A stretch of 64,000 bases of DNA from Paraspadella gotoi (GCA_051294375.1 CM119267.1:6251992-6315991); one strand, 5' to 3'; shown: positions 1 through 11,892, numbered from the stretch's first letter. Numbers and translations: made by a program. Notes: generated by a model not told the origin, from the sequence alone.

Positions 1-216
1 TGAGACACTAAGTAGATTTTCTATTTATCATTTATTTTCAAAATGATTTCTCTTTCTTTACGCTTTATCGACGTTTTCGTAATGATTTTGAATCCGTCTT
101 TTTATGAGACTTAGTTAATTCCCACAAAAAAAGCGAAAAAAATGAGAGTTTGGACTGGAAATTAAAGAACATAACTTTTAATAATTCCGTCGTCCGAATG
201 CGACGCGTATTAAGAA

Positions 217-3200
217 ATGGATGGAGATCGCTCGGACATCGATCTCTTCGACGATAGTGATCCAGAGGATCAGGAAGATTCCCTATTCTTTAATCCTTCC
301 GCCGCGAAAAAACTAAAAATCGAAGATGAAACGACTCGAACAGGATGTCAGCTTTTGAGCCAGTCGACCGGTCATTCGACAGATCTTTCTACTGGCCAGT
401 TTACCGGCCAATCCACCGGCCAGTCGACAGGTCATTCGACGAGCCAATCCTCAGAGGAAAGTGATAATGAACTCAACTCGACGGGGACTTCCGAGTGCCG
501 CTCTTCCTCGCTCTTTGGAGAGGAATCATCGGAAGCTGATGAGGATGAAATCTCGATGAACGACGATGCGGAGCGAAAAATTAACGGCAACGTTGACGAC
601 CTCTCGACCAAAGACGACCAAAGTGGTTCCGCTCATTGTGAGAGAACGGAAGAAAAAAATATAACAAACTCTGGTAGGTATTATTTTAGTACCAATTCGA
701 ATTAAGTTTGTTACATTCAATCATTTTTAATACAGTGTTTAATACCCGAATGCTTCTCCCTCTCAAATGCGCGAACATTATTCAAATCTTTTGTCTAACT
801 CAGAAAACGACGCTCAGTTCGCAGATCCAATTGCCAAAGGCGGATGTGTCGAAAAACAAAAGAACATAGCCGAGAGGAGAGCAAAGAAAAAAGTTAGCAA
901 AGGAAAATAATTTGTCAATGGAGACTTAGGATTCAGATGAAAATATCGTATCCCTTAGCAACGTTTCGTGCCATTGCACGACATGCGATGGGGGTATTTG
1001 TCAGTGACCGACCTCGTGGCTCAGTCGTGGTGCGAGCAACAGCTCTTTTACGGCTACTTTCCTCCAACCCCCGATTACGTCGCCGTTCCTCTCGAAGAGG
1101 TGGCGCCCGCCGTCGCCGCGGGACAAGAAATACATCAGGTGACTTGTCATCGCAATCCTTATTAAAATTTTAAATAGAAAATAAATATCAAGCTTGAATA
1201 AATACAGGAAAGAGATGCGGAGCTTGGAGAAAAAGTCTTGGTCGAGACTCGAACGAAGGAGGACAGAGTCGCCATGGATTTGGCTCAACTGCTGGAGGTC
1301 GGTAAAGATTCTTAATTCTCAGAGTAGAAGGAATTAAGGGATCGCGATTTTGGAAAGATTTTCGTAAAATTCCTAACTCTCTCTCTCTCTCTCTCTCTCA
1401 TCCGCTCTTCTCAGTGTCTTCGCGCGTTTATTTTCGCCGACTCGGGGGAAGTTGTTCGGCGGGAAATTCCCATTTTCGGATTTCTTCCGTTAAAGTCGAA
1501 TAGGTCTGGCGTCTCCAACGGAACTTCTGAAGTCGGAAAGAGTAAAGCCAGTGCGTAGTTAATGATTAAATACGTCATTTCAATTCTTGGGAGTTAAACT
1601 TAATTACAGTGTTATTAGACGTGATTGTTTTTAATTTCTAATTTTATCTTTAAGAATACATATGAGACTGCTAATGATCGAACAAAGAAAGAGAAATATC
1701 TTATTATGATTATCTTTATTTTTCTAACAGAGACTTTGGTGTCGCCGCGAGGACTTCCGGTGGAGATGCTCGTCAGCGGCGTCATCGACGAACTTCGCTT
1801 CGACGTCAACGATGGGAAACTGACGCTTGTCGAACTAAAGACTCGTTTTAAACCGACGCTGCCGGGGCAAGCTCAGAGGCTGGGTCATAACCTTCAGGTA
1901 AACATCTAATAGTCCCTTTTAATTGTCACTCTTGTCTAAAAAAAACCTACCAATAATTATGAAAAAATACATGAACTGAAAGTTTTAATGACATTACATT
2001 TGAAACGATTACAGACAGGAAACATGATATACATAAGTTACCAATTCGACTAAAAAAAAATATAAAGCATTCTTCTACCTCTGGATGACTCGATACTCGG
2101 AGTGTAAAAAACTTGTATCGTTGCTCGTCAGAGTTCCGATCGATAATATAAAATTACAATCGTGACTAAATTGAAGACTAGATTGGGGGTCCCGTCTATC
2201 GAGAGAGATCAAATTCCATCGATGTTCGCGCCACGACCACGAATAGGCATTTTCCCCTCGTCGAAGCCTCCGCTTTCGAACCCCGCCACCCTGCCGTCGA
2301 ACCCCACGGCCCTGCCGTCGAATCCAACGGCCCTGCTCTCGGGGCTCGGATAACTGAAGGGTAACTGCAGGCTGGCCTCGAGCAACTGTTGGAAGGTGAC
2401 GTCGAAACTGCGCTTGAGGTCAGCGTACGAGACGATTATGACGTTTTGTTCGTCTCGCGACATGAGGCAGATCTTTTCCGGCGAGCCGAAGTCGAGCTTG
2501 TTTAGGCATTGTATCACGTGAGACAGATCCAGAAGTGGCGTTCCCCTTTCGTCGGTCACTTGATGGAACACGAAGTCGCGAAATAGCTTGAGTATGTATC
2601 GATCGCCCATCTCGCTCCAGTTGGGATCCATCCCCATTTCGGGCCGCTCCAGCACCGTGTTCAACTTGGCCAGCGTCCTAAAGAGACGCCCATTCTCCAC
2701 CTCCTTCATCAACTCTCTTTCCATACGGTCTGTGCGCGTCTCCAGGGCGTCGATCTGCATGTAAAACCGGGCGCCGATCATCGGCATGATGTCGTTGATG
2801 TTTCTCAACCGAGTCGTGTTGCCCAGAAAATAGGCCAACAGGTTCTTCAGATCGCTTGAGTAGTTGCGCGTCACCAGCTCTACAGCCTGGGTCTCCTCCT
2901 GTACGGTGAAAGAGTGGCAGGCTAGAGCGAGGACCAGCTTGCCGAAGGATACCAGGTCTTCCTGCTGCTGGTAAGTGACGGCCTGAGAGTTGGCTCCATT
3001 GGCTCCGTTGTCAAAAAGCAACACGTCCAGCATTCCGGCGCAGCTTATGCGAAGGCGATGGCTGCCGACGACCAGAGTCTTTGAGGGATCGCTGAGCGCG
3101 CGGCAAGCCAGGCCCATTCCGTGTATCTTCCGGATAACGGAGGAGAGCTGGATTATAAAGGACCAGATCGCCGACTCTGGAAGCAGGTGCGACGAGGAAT

Positions 3201-5541
3201 TTATTGAATTTGCGTTGGCGTCGTCCTTAAAGCCCACGCGTACGTGATTGGCCATCGCGTGGGCGGCTTCGCGTCGTCCCAAGAAGGAGGAAAGCGACTC
3301 GGCTCCAGCGTAGAAGTCGTAGATGAAGACGATGGAATTTTCGCTGACGCTGAAGAGGTTCTTCGTGGTGAAGACTTGTCGCAGGCCGACGATATTCGGG
3401 TGCTGGATTCGCTTCCATTTGTCGATCAGGCTCATGCACTTTGTGTTGGAGAGTTTAAAGTCGTGCACGCGACGCATGCAGTAGGCGCGCCCGTCCTTCT
3501 CTGAGGTCACCCTGTATACGGACGTCTTGAAGGGGAGGATCGATTCTTGCCTCCGTTCCGCGCCCTCGACGATCGGCTCTAGTGGGAAGAAGTCGTGGAA
3601 GCCCTCGACGCTGACGGGGAGGTCGGGGTTGGATTCGGGGTCGAGTCGGATCTGAATTGCCGCCTGACGACGCAGAAGTTGCGTCTTCAGTTCGTCCGAG
3701 ACGAAGAAGCCGTCTTCCTCCTTCTTCTCCGCGCGGACGAGACGCGCGAACTCAGGGCTCTGGCTTATGACGCGTTGGAGGGGAAAGTGAAGGCGTTGAT
3801 CGTAAGCCGGGCTAAGGGACGTGAATTTGCTCGTCGACGGGTGAGAGTAGAAGGTGGTGCCGCTGCAAGTCATCATCGTCACGTTGAGTGGTGTCGTCGT
3901 CGTCGGCGGCGGCGTCAAGGATTCTGATCCTGAAAAGGCGATCGTCTCTATTGATTCCATCATCTTTATGATTTCGCAAGGGTTTTATTTTCGCTGTCGC
4001 GTAAATTTAGTTTATCGCATAGATTCTTTTGAGTTATATTTTTTGGGATTTTTTTCGAATTCAATGAAAAAACCTAGCAACAAGCCACGGAAAAAAAAAT
4101 CGCATTCACCGGAATGAATGCGCGGTATTTTTCCACCACATGGTCCGAAGCCCGAATGAATGGGATTCGTGGCTTTTGTTTGCCTCGGGAGACTCTGGAC
4201 AGATTTTTAACCTGAATAGGATCTTTTAAGACTCGGCCGTTGGATCGGTCATAATCATTGGGCTCTCTCCCGTCGCCTCTCTCTTGACCTCGATACGAGA
4301 TAAACAGTTTTGATTCGCTCGGTATAGGTTGGAGAAACGAGCAGAGAACGATCGAGACAAAGGAGTAGAGAATGATTGTAACCTTTAAAAGTTAAAAGGG
4401 GGACGATAAATAAAAAAGTTTCGTCGTCCGTCGTTAGTTATTTTTTAACGTTTCGTTACTTTCGTATTTTTTAAGGGCAGAATAAAGAAATATTTTTAAA
4501 TATAATATATAATATAAATATATATATAAATATAAATATATATTGGTTGTACCCATTTCTTAAAATAAACTGGGTTTTCAGTTGACAAACGAGGACGAGG
4601 AAAGAAGGTATGATATTTTATATCGGAGTTTGTTGAGCGTAAACTGTAGACCGACTGTAGAGACATTAGGAAATATGTTTAAAGTTGCTCAGTAAACTCA
4701 CTTAAAATATAAATATATCAGAGATTAAAATTAAGTTGGTTTTTTTTTATAGGTCATGCTGTATGGATCTTTCTACAGCGATCTGGTCGAAGGCAGAGTT
4801 ACTAAGTCGAAAATCGCACTTCATCGAAAGGTACTATCTGTTATGTAAATTTGCTAAATTGCTTATTTCACTATCTTATATTTTTATATTTTATAGAGGT
4901 TTTATATAATTATCATTCTTGGAAGACGTTTTTAATGTTTTTTTTTAAATTATCATTCTTGATAGTAGTAATTAGGGTGTGTTAAAATTGAAGTTGAGAC
5001 CAATGTTTAATAGTTTATCGATTCGACTGCCCCTTGAATTTCATTTCGGTCCCAGGTTAACTTAGCACGAGTCTTGTCCAGCTCCGTCCAAGAGGCGCTG
5101 TGGTTTACCGTCGGCGACGACCTGTTCCGCCCCAAAGAAGGCGGAGTCACCCTCGGTGAGGTTTTTGACGTGGCGCTCCAGACGGCCAAGGCGGCGCCAC
5201 GCATCCAACGCCTGCAAATTGACTATGTTTATCAGGGAACAAAAGAAGTGATCGGTATCACTCCGGTGATGCCTGATCAACGTTGGTTGGGTGAGTTTAT
5301 CACGTGCGATTGCCAGTCTATCGAGTTCTTACTAACATGTTTTTTAGAGGAGCGATCCGTTGACGCCGCGGAATTCTGGATGGGGAAACGCGAGACGCCG
5401 CGCGGCGTGGACATTGAAGACGCTTGGAAGTGTTCTATGTGCGAATTCGAGGATGACTGCGCCTGGAGACGAGAAAAATTAGCGAAACTTAACCAGTCTC
5501 AGGCTGGGCTCGTTCAGGGCGCAACGATTTCGAGACGATGA
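217..5541 (+). CDS. EXO5: Exonuclease V (EXO5/DEM1 family), 9 exons: ~217-673, 804-892, 959-1138, 1208-1297, 1415-1547, 1731-1897, 4753-4830, 5057-5290, 5349-5541
   Basis: Spliced motifs YLSVTDLVAQSWCEQQ, GQEIHQ, RREIPIFG, SGVIDELR..LVELKTR..PTLP..LQ|VMLY and C-terminal FWMGKRE..GV..EDAWKCSMCEFEDDCAW (Fe-S cluster Cys). GT-AG junctions keep the frame. Acidic low-complexity N-terminus. Confidence 0.9.
2209..3963 (-). CDS. PAN3: PAN2-PAN3 deadenylase subunit PAN3 (pseudokinase), intronless, nested antisense in EXO5 intron 1898-4752
   Basis: 584-aa ORF with YCMRRVH, HPNIVGLRQVFTT, ELMKEVENGRLFR..KLNTVLERPE..DPNWSEMGDRYILKLFRDFVFHQV, HVIQCLNKLD.GSPEKICLMSRDEQ, all typical of the PAN3 pseudokinase and C-terminal knob. 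Confidence 0.95.
   Translation of the reverse strand: MMESIETIAFSGSESLTPPPTTTTPLNVTMMTCSGTTFYSHPSTSKFTSLSPAYDQRLHFPLQRVISQSPEFARLVRAEKKEEDGFFVSDELKTQLLRRQAAIQIRLDPESNPDLPVSVEGFHDFFPLEPIVEGAERRQESILPFKTSVYRVTSEKDGRAYCMRRVHDFKLSNTKCMSLIDKWKRIQHPNIVGLRQVFTTKNLFSVSENSIVFIYDFYAGAESLSSFLGRREAAHAMANHVRVGFKDDANANSINSSSHLLPESAIWSFIIQLSSVIRKIHGMGLACRALSDPSKTLVVGSHRLRISCAGMLDVLLFDNGANGANSQAVTYQQQEDLVSFGKLVLALACHSFTVQEETQAVELVTRNYSSDLKNLLAYFLGNTTRLRNINDIMPMIGARFYMQIDALETRTDRMERELMKEVENGRLFRTLAKLNTVLERPEMGMDPNWSEMGDRYILKLFRDFVFHQVTDERGTPLLDLSHVIQCLNKLDFGSPEKICLMSRDEQNVIIVSYADLKRSFDVTFQQLLEASLQLPFSYPSPESRAVGFDGRAVGFDGRVAGFESGGFDEGKMPIRGRGANIDGI
2270..2340 (-). repeat. 21-bp coding tandem repeat, about 3 copies, encoding (GRAVGFD)n in the PAN3 C-terminal extension
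   Basis: ccctgccgtcgaaccccacgg / ccctgccgtcgaatccaacgg units seen directly. Confidence 0.8.
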
Positions 5542-5748
5542 TTCTCTATTCTCTTTACGGTTACTATTTTTTGAATATTCTGTCATTGCACTTCATATTT
5601 TTGCAATTCCAAACAATTTTTGAAACCTTTTCTACGAAATTGTCAAATAAACAAATAAAAGAAATTCCATGAAAGTATTTTATATTGTTTATTATTTGTA
5701 CTATTTTACTTGCAGTACTATTTTTACAGCTGGCATACTGCATACGGT

Positions 5749-7294
5749 ATGGCGTTAAGGAAGCTCCTTTTTGCCGGGGGAATAACAACTGTTGGTGTGG
5801 GTGCCTTTGTTGTGACGCGCCCCCGTCCAGCTCCGTTTGTTTTTGACATTCCTAAGCCAGAAATGTGCGCCGCCGGTGTTGATTGGTTTCCGGTGGCACA
5901 TTTCGCCTTTGCCAATATGCCGGACAGTATGCGAAAGTATTTAATTACAAAAGAACATGCCCCAGATGGGGAGGTGCCTGACAGGTTTGTAGATTTTTCC
6001 ATGACGCCTCAAGCAAAATGTTCTGCTATTTCATTATGGTCAGGTTTGACTGCACCGGTGGGAATCCCTACACTATTACGGAATTGGTCAATGGCAGATT
6101 GTGGAGAGTCAGATACGAAGTGGTTGAAACGTCCATCGTCATCCAGAAGGAGAGAGAGAAGTTGAAAGGGTTCGGGTTCGATCCGTCCGACGAGAAGTAC
6201 CGAGCGAAAATTCTCGCGGCCGCGAGGGAAAGCGGCGGTGAAGAGGTCGTTAGGGTGGCCGAAAAGGATTTGGAAAAACTTCTCAAGTGGAGTAAAGAAG
6301 AGGAAATTCCGCCGGAGAGAATGTTCGATGTTCCGCCGAGGCCCATCAACTCTTTCGTTGTCAAACTGAAGGATGACTCGCTTTTGCTTTATGCGCCGGT
6401 CAAAGTTAGAGACGAACACGGATTTTCCAAGTGGCTCGATTCGATTGGTAAGTTTCAAGTTCGAGATGTTTGCGTTCATCTTTTTTTTCTGTTACAATGT
6501 TATTTTTACAGACATACGCATTCAGAATATTGTTGTATATATAGGATTTGTCTTAACCAACGAGAGACACAAATCACTGCCACGTGCCACGTATGTGTAA
6601 CGTTTGTTCGTTTATTATTTTGTTAGGAAACGTAGAGTGGATCGTTATCCCATCCGGATATCACACTCTTTATTTACCAACCGTTCTCAAACGATTTCCC
6701 CACGCAAAATGCATTGGTCCGAAACAGGCAGAAGCCAAGTTGAAACACATCAAAGCCCTACCGCGGGGCAAATTGGATTTCGATTCGACGAATTCCTCCG
6801 ATTTGGCGCTCGCCAACCGAGCCCTTAATTCGCTCGGAGTCAAGTTGTTCAACGTAGAGGGTGACGTGATAACCAACGCCCTCGTCGCCGTCCTCGACGA
6901 CACCGACCTCTTGGAGTGCGACCTCATTTACGCTCATCCCGACGGCGTTGGTTGGTCGTTCGTTGACAAAGAGCAGTTCTTCCAGTACAATCCAGAGGAT
7001 TGGACTTTCAGATTAATGAAGTTTTATTTGTTGACGAAACCGAATTCGCCAAACGGTTTCTCACCCATGCACAGGCTTCAAATGTTGGATCCCAACTCCC
7101 TTGGTGTCTTTTGCTACGACCAACCCGCTTTGGATGGTTCTACATGCGTTAAGATGGCCGAATCGCTTCGGCGGTTGTTGTCGCTTAAATTCGTCCGCAC
7201 CCACGGCGTGCATTACAACGTGATGGATCGGCAAGACTTTAGAAAAGCTATCGATTTAACGTGGAACTGGTTGGATGCGAAGCCTCTCGTTTGA
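5749..7294 (+). CDS. DUF4336-like (metallo-beta-lactamase-fold) protein, exons 5749-5984, 6044-6447, ~6627-7294
   Basis: Spliced frame gives INSFVVKLKDDSLLLYAPVKV..WLDSIG|NVEWIVIPSGYHTLYLPTVLKRFPHAKCIGP, which matches the DUF4336 pattern as I recall it. N-terminus is basic then hydrophobic (MALRKLLFAGGITTVGVGAFVV). Confidence 0.7.
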
Positions 7295-7965
7295 CTTAAA
7301 ATATAGTTCACTTGAGTTGTTTTAAAGCGACGTACAATCGGACCTAAAACAATTCGAAAGAAATTACATTATTATTAATTTTTACGTAGTTTTATTAATC
7401 TTCATACTTTGAACAACTACTTGGTTTCGTTTTGATTTTTTTCTTTCGAATTCTATTTCTTTGACAATAGGAGCTTCATAGTCATTTCGATCAAAACTTT
7501 GCCACATTCCTTTTTTATTCATGTTGCATGCAAATTTATCATATTTTTGGGAAATAGGTAGTATTTACTCATATCAATGGTGTAATTCTGAGACGATTTT
7601 GGCCTCAAGACATATTTTGAAAGTACATTTGCTTGTCTATTTTTCTTATCGACGATAATTATAACGGGCATAAATCTGTATGAGAATGGTTACCCTGATT
7701 ATATATGACATCGGTTAATATAGGTTCAGTGGATATTTAACTAGTCAAAGCTTAATCAGAATACGACTATATGCAAATGAGATTGAGGAACTCAATCTCA
7801 TTTGAGATAATCCAAAAATTAATCTGCTACACAATTTCTCAAACAATCAACATTTTAATGCTTACTCACAATTATAACATTAAATTTTGGTTTTATTAAA
7901 ACAATTTCAACAAAATTACTCCTGGTTTTTAGATGACTTCGTAAAACAACATTGTAAAAATTCAT

Positions 7966-8928
7966 ATGGAGTTTTCAAAATTTCAGTGGTCACTCTGGGC
8001 CAATGAACAGGTATTGTAGTTTTTGTGGTGGGGTCTTATAGTAATTATTACCTTTTTGAGAGAATCAGTTTTGGACCGAAACCTTCATTAATTTGTTTTC
8101 TGTTTTGCTTACTGGTTTTTAAGGGCGTGGTGTCTTGTATCGCACTACTAATAGGAGCCGTCGTCGCCTTTACTGGAGATTTAAAGTGGTGGGGCATCGC
8201 TATTTTCGTCATCATTGTTGCCCCAGTTTTTCTTTTGGGTAAGCAGAGACGGAGACGGTAAAGAAAGTTCCGATTATTATACAATTATTTTAAAATTGTC
8301 AAAGTGAGACAGAGAGGTCTTCGGTTCAGACTTTCGTTTCTCATTATATAGTGGAGTGGCCTCGGGGTCGACTTCGGGGTAAAACTCGATCGGTCCATCG
8401 TCCTCTTCAACATCTCTTTCCCGCGATTCCTCCCGAAACTCGGCCGGGGAAACTGTTCTCCAGCTATTTCTTTCGCTCTTTGCTCTATTTCCTCGCCTCC
8501 TTGCCTGGGTTGTTCCTGGGCAGCACGGTCATTGGTGAGTAGCTTGCCGGTTTATGGATCTCTGAGAGATCGATAAAACGCGATATAGCAGTTTTTAGCA
8601 TCAAATACTGAAATAGTTTTGCTGTTTTACTTCCCAGGATCTTTGTTGCTCATTTGTTGCTCCTTGTCCTACTTCGTTGCCGCTTGGAACGGAGAAAAGT
8701 GGGAACTTGGCGAGGAATATTCCGACAAAAAATCAGGTTTTTTTTTTCAAAGAAATGATAATGAAAATCAAATAAAAGTGATAACGTTTGTGACTGGTTT
8801 TTTTTTTGTTTTTTTTTTAACTTTCGTTCTTAGGGCCAGTCGCTCCACCGCTTTCAAATCGGCTGCTCCCAGACGGAAAGCCCTTCGAAATATCCGACCC
8901 TCTAGGGACCGTAGATTTGAACATTTGA
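7966..8928 (+). CDS. CYBA: Cytochrome b-245 light chain (p22phox)-like, exons 7966-8010, 8124-8238, 8352-8534, 8638-~8735, 8834-8928
   Basis: FQWSLWANEQ resembles the p22phox EWAMWANEQ. Also a hydrophobic helix, LLVEWPRGRLRG (cf. LLEYPRGKRKKG), YFFRSLLYFLASLPG and YFVAAWNGEKW. Splice phases are consistent. Confidence 0.8.
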
Positions 8929-9023
8929 GTACATTCTTATAGGCTTTCACCGTACTTAACTTTGTATTTTTGTTATTCCGTCCGTATTTGGAAATCACTT
9001 ACTGTGATACCAGTAGTAGGAAA

Positions 9024-10010
9024 ATGCTCCGGCGCCCCTTCGTCGTCGAGCTTTTACACATATCTACTCGTCGACGCCTCATGAGGCCAAATTCATCTTC
9101 GTCATCCTTATTATCTCGGGACCAATCGCCCCTTCCCCTTTCCCCTTTTGTCCCGCGCCACTCCGCCCCCGATCCCGCCGACGTGGCACGCCTTGTCCGC
9201 CTTGTGGCCGAATCTCGACGTCTCTTCGTCGTCACCGGCGCCGGCGTCTCCACTGAGAGCGGTATTTCCGACTATCGCTCAGAGGGGGTCGGCCTCTACG
9301 CACGAAGCCGCAACCGTCCCATCAAGTACCAGGAGTTTGTCAACTCCGAACCAAAAAGGCGGCGCTATTGGGCCCGAAACTTTGTCGGGTGGCGCCGCTT
9401 TCGTAGCCACGAGCCCAACGCCACCCACCGGGTTCTCGCTGACTGGGAGAACAGGGGTCGGCTCAGTTGGCTCGTCACGCAGAACGTTGATTCGTTGCAC
9501 GCCAAGGCCGGGAGCCAGCGCGTGACGGAACTGCACGGCAGCGCCCGCCGCGTCGTCTGCATAGGATGCGACGCAGTCGTCGACCGAGACGATTTTCAAG
9601 AGACACTGAGCGCGGCTAATCCGCGATTCGACGCCGCGGTTGTCAGTGAAGCGCCAGATGGCGACGCCGAATTGTCGGACGATCGAGTGGCAGACTTCGC
9701 CGTTCCTCCCTGCGCGCGCTGCGGCAGTCTGCTCAAACCCGACATCGTCTTTTTCGGTGACAACGTGCCCCTAGATAGGAAAGAATTTTGTTCGGAGAGA
9801 TTGAGAGAGAGCGACGCGATGCTCGTCGTCGGTTCCAGTCTGGACGTCTTCTCGGGATACCGATTCGTTCTCTCGGCGAACGAGTGGAACATTCCTCTGG
9901 GAATACTTAACATCGGCGAGACGAGAGCGGACAAGACGAAGGTCGATGTCAGGGCGAGGGTGTGGGGACTTTGCAGCGAAGTTTTGCTCGGCATCGACGA
10001 AACTCTGTGA
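9024..10010 (+). CDS. SIRT4: Mitochondrial sirtuin, class II (SIRT4), intronless
   Basis: TGAGVSTESGISDYRSEGVGLYAR, RRRYWARNFVGW, TQNVDSLH, ELHGS, two CxxC pairs, LKPDIVFFGDNVP and GSSL.VFSGYRF. Arg/Ser-rich presequence. First ATG is at 9024. Confidence 0.95.
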   Translation: MLRRPFVVELLHISTRRRLMRPNSSSSSLLSRDQSPLPLSPFVPRHSAPDPADVARLVRLVAESRRLFVVTGAGVSTESGISDYRSEGVGLYARSRNRPIKYQEFVNSEPKRRRYWARNFVGWRRFRSHEPNATHRVLADWENRGRLSWLVTQNVDSLHAKAGSQRVTELHGSARRVVCIGCDAVVDRDDFQETLSAANPRFDAAVVSEAPDGDAELSDDRVADFAVPPCARCGSLLKPDIVFFGDNVPLDRKEFCSERLRESDAMLVVGSSLDVFSGYRFVLSANEWNIPLGILNIGETRADKTKVDVRARVWGLCSEVLLGIDETL

Positions 10011-10583
10011 AGCGGTGTTTTTTTTATTCTGAAATACTGATATAATTAGGCTACAAACTTTGCGGGTCGATGGGCAGCTGCAGACCAAAGGGGCAGCTTA
10101 AAATATCTCGGCGATGCTCGTATGCCAGCAATGTGTCAACAGTTTTCACTAGCCCAGAGTCACTTCACTCTAATAATATTATATCAAGAGAGAAACAACA
10201 ATATGTAGATCACTACTTAGCGATAACTAAGAAATCACTAAGTATTACTTAGGGATTCCTTAGTGCAGTAAGTAAGCAATAAGTAATACCAAGCACCTCT
10301 GCTATAAAATATTAATCATTTACTCATGATAGCTGAAGGGAGAAAAGGGTAATGAATCAATTAAATAATTATCAATGACGAACGAATAAATAATCAAATG
10401 TTTATAGGCATTTCCACGAAATTTTAATCGAGATTCCACAAGAGTTTGTTCCTGACAGTAATATGTTTATTTTTGTTTTGAGGTTTATGTCCAATTGTCC
10501 ATTATTTATTAATTATTACAATGTCGAATTGTAGCTGGGTTATTTTAGATTTTTGCGCAAAAGTTGCAGATCTCATGTTCTAA

Positions 10584-11635
10584 ATGGCGATCGTCTCATT
10601 CTCGCGGGCGTTTCGTCTTACTCTTCCAACAAAAACTCTCGTTCAAAACTTTCGAAATTCGTCGTCGTCCTCGAAATCAAGGTCCAACTCATTTCTCGCT
10701 TCCGTCGTTTGCGGTTCTCTCGGATTTTCCGTTGGACTTTTGACCGCGAAATATCCGACTTTAAAGGCGAACCTAGGATTCTCCAAGCAACCCGATAAAT
10801 TCGTCGAAGACCCGTCGCGCGAACGATCCTCCAACGCGGAGACGAATCGCCGTTTAAAAATCTGCGAGGCCGTTATGAAAATCGCCCAAGTCGCCGTCTT
10901 GTCTACCATGTCTGACGGGGAGCCCAAGTCCCGTCCGGTCCACCCCTATGATGTAGATCCCGGAATTCCTCACATTTTCATCACTACCAACAAACGTAGT
11001 CGAAAGATGAAACAGATTCAAGCCGATCCCTCGGTTACGCTCACTTACCCTGACGCTGAAGGCGCCGGCTACGTTCTCGTAGAAGGCGTGGCCGAAGTGT
11101 TGGACAGAGAGGCAAGCGCCGCACTCTGGCGACCAGAGATGTTTTTATTTTATCCAGAAGGTGGGCATTGGAAATGGGACAAAAATGAAAAAGGGGTTTT
11201 TCTCTAGTTTGGGAGCACTACCGCACTAGTCAGTTGTCGCTTTTGTCTTTCCATTCTGTAAGATTTGAGTCCAACACTGGTTTTGTATATAGCCTTCCTA
11301 ATATATTGGAAGCTCTTTCAGTTCCTCAATGAATTTACACATTTAACCTAATGGCTAATCCAAACCCTCGTTACTCCTCAGTCCCTCAATAATATCACAG
11401 CTTAAAATAATCGGATAATAATTTCTGTTTATCTCGCTCGCTCCAAGGCCCGCCGTCAGCGTCGAATCCCGAGTCCCGTTTCGTGATCCTCAAGATTCGC
11501 CCTCGACGAATAGAATTCACGAGCGCCAGATTCGGTCTCGAAACGTCGACCGACGATTGGCAGCCCCCGTCGCTGTTGTGGGACGCCTCTTCCTCATCCT
11601 GGATGATGGTCGAAGAGGCCGCGATGCCGATGTGA
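10584..11635 (+). CDS. Pyridoxamine 5'-phosphate oxidase-like FMN-binding split-barrel protein (general stress protein 26-like), exons 10584-11160 and 11448-11635
   Basis: AVLSTMSDGEPKSRPV, FITTNKRSRKMKQIQADPSVTLTY, GYVLVEG.A, LW.PEMFLFYPEG|P..RFVILKIRPRRIEF. Mitochondrial-presequence-like N-terminus followed by a TM helix. Confidence 0.75.
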
Positions 11636-11892
11636 TGTTCAAAAAGTTGAACGGAGAGAAAAATATCAATTTAAAAGCGATTTTCAGAAATGGGCTGTCG
11701 AAAGTGCCGCACGTACAAAATAATGTATACCGTACATAGTCAAAGCTAATTTTTGATAGGATTGAGATTAAACCCAGTCAGGGTTATTCTAAAACTTTTT
11801 TCATACGTAAAAAAACTTATTTAATCGCATTATCATCTTGAAAGTTAAATGGTTCTTACAGTCAATGGAGGACGGGTTGTTTTTCGAAAGTG

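Noticed and set aside
358-450. 12-bp (TGQS/TGHS) coding repeats in the EXO5 N-terminus, plus microsatellites at ~1377-1399, 4499-4542, 27660-27692 and 37873-37898
   Set aside because: Ordinary low-complexity sequence with no evidence of function.
10040-10300. Moderately GC-rich block downstream of SIRT4
   Set aside because: No TIR, TSD, RNA motif or second copy found. It may be 3'UTR or an old repeat.
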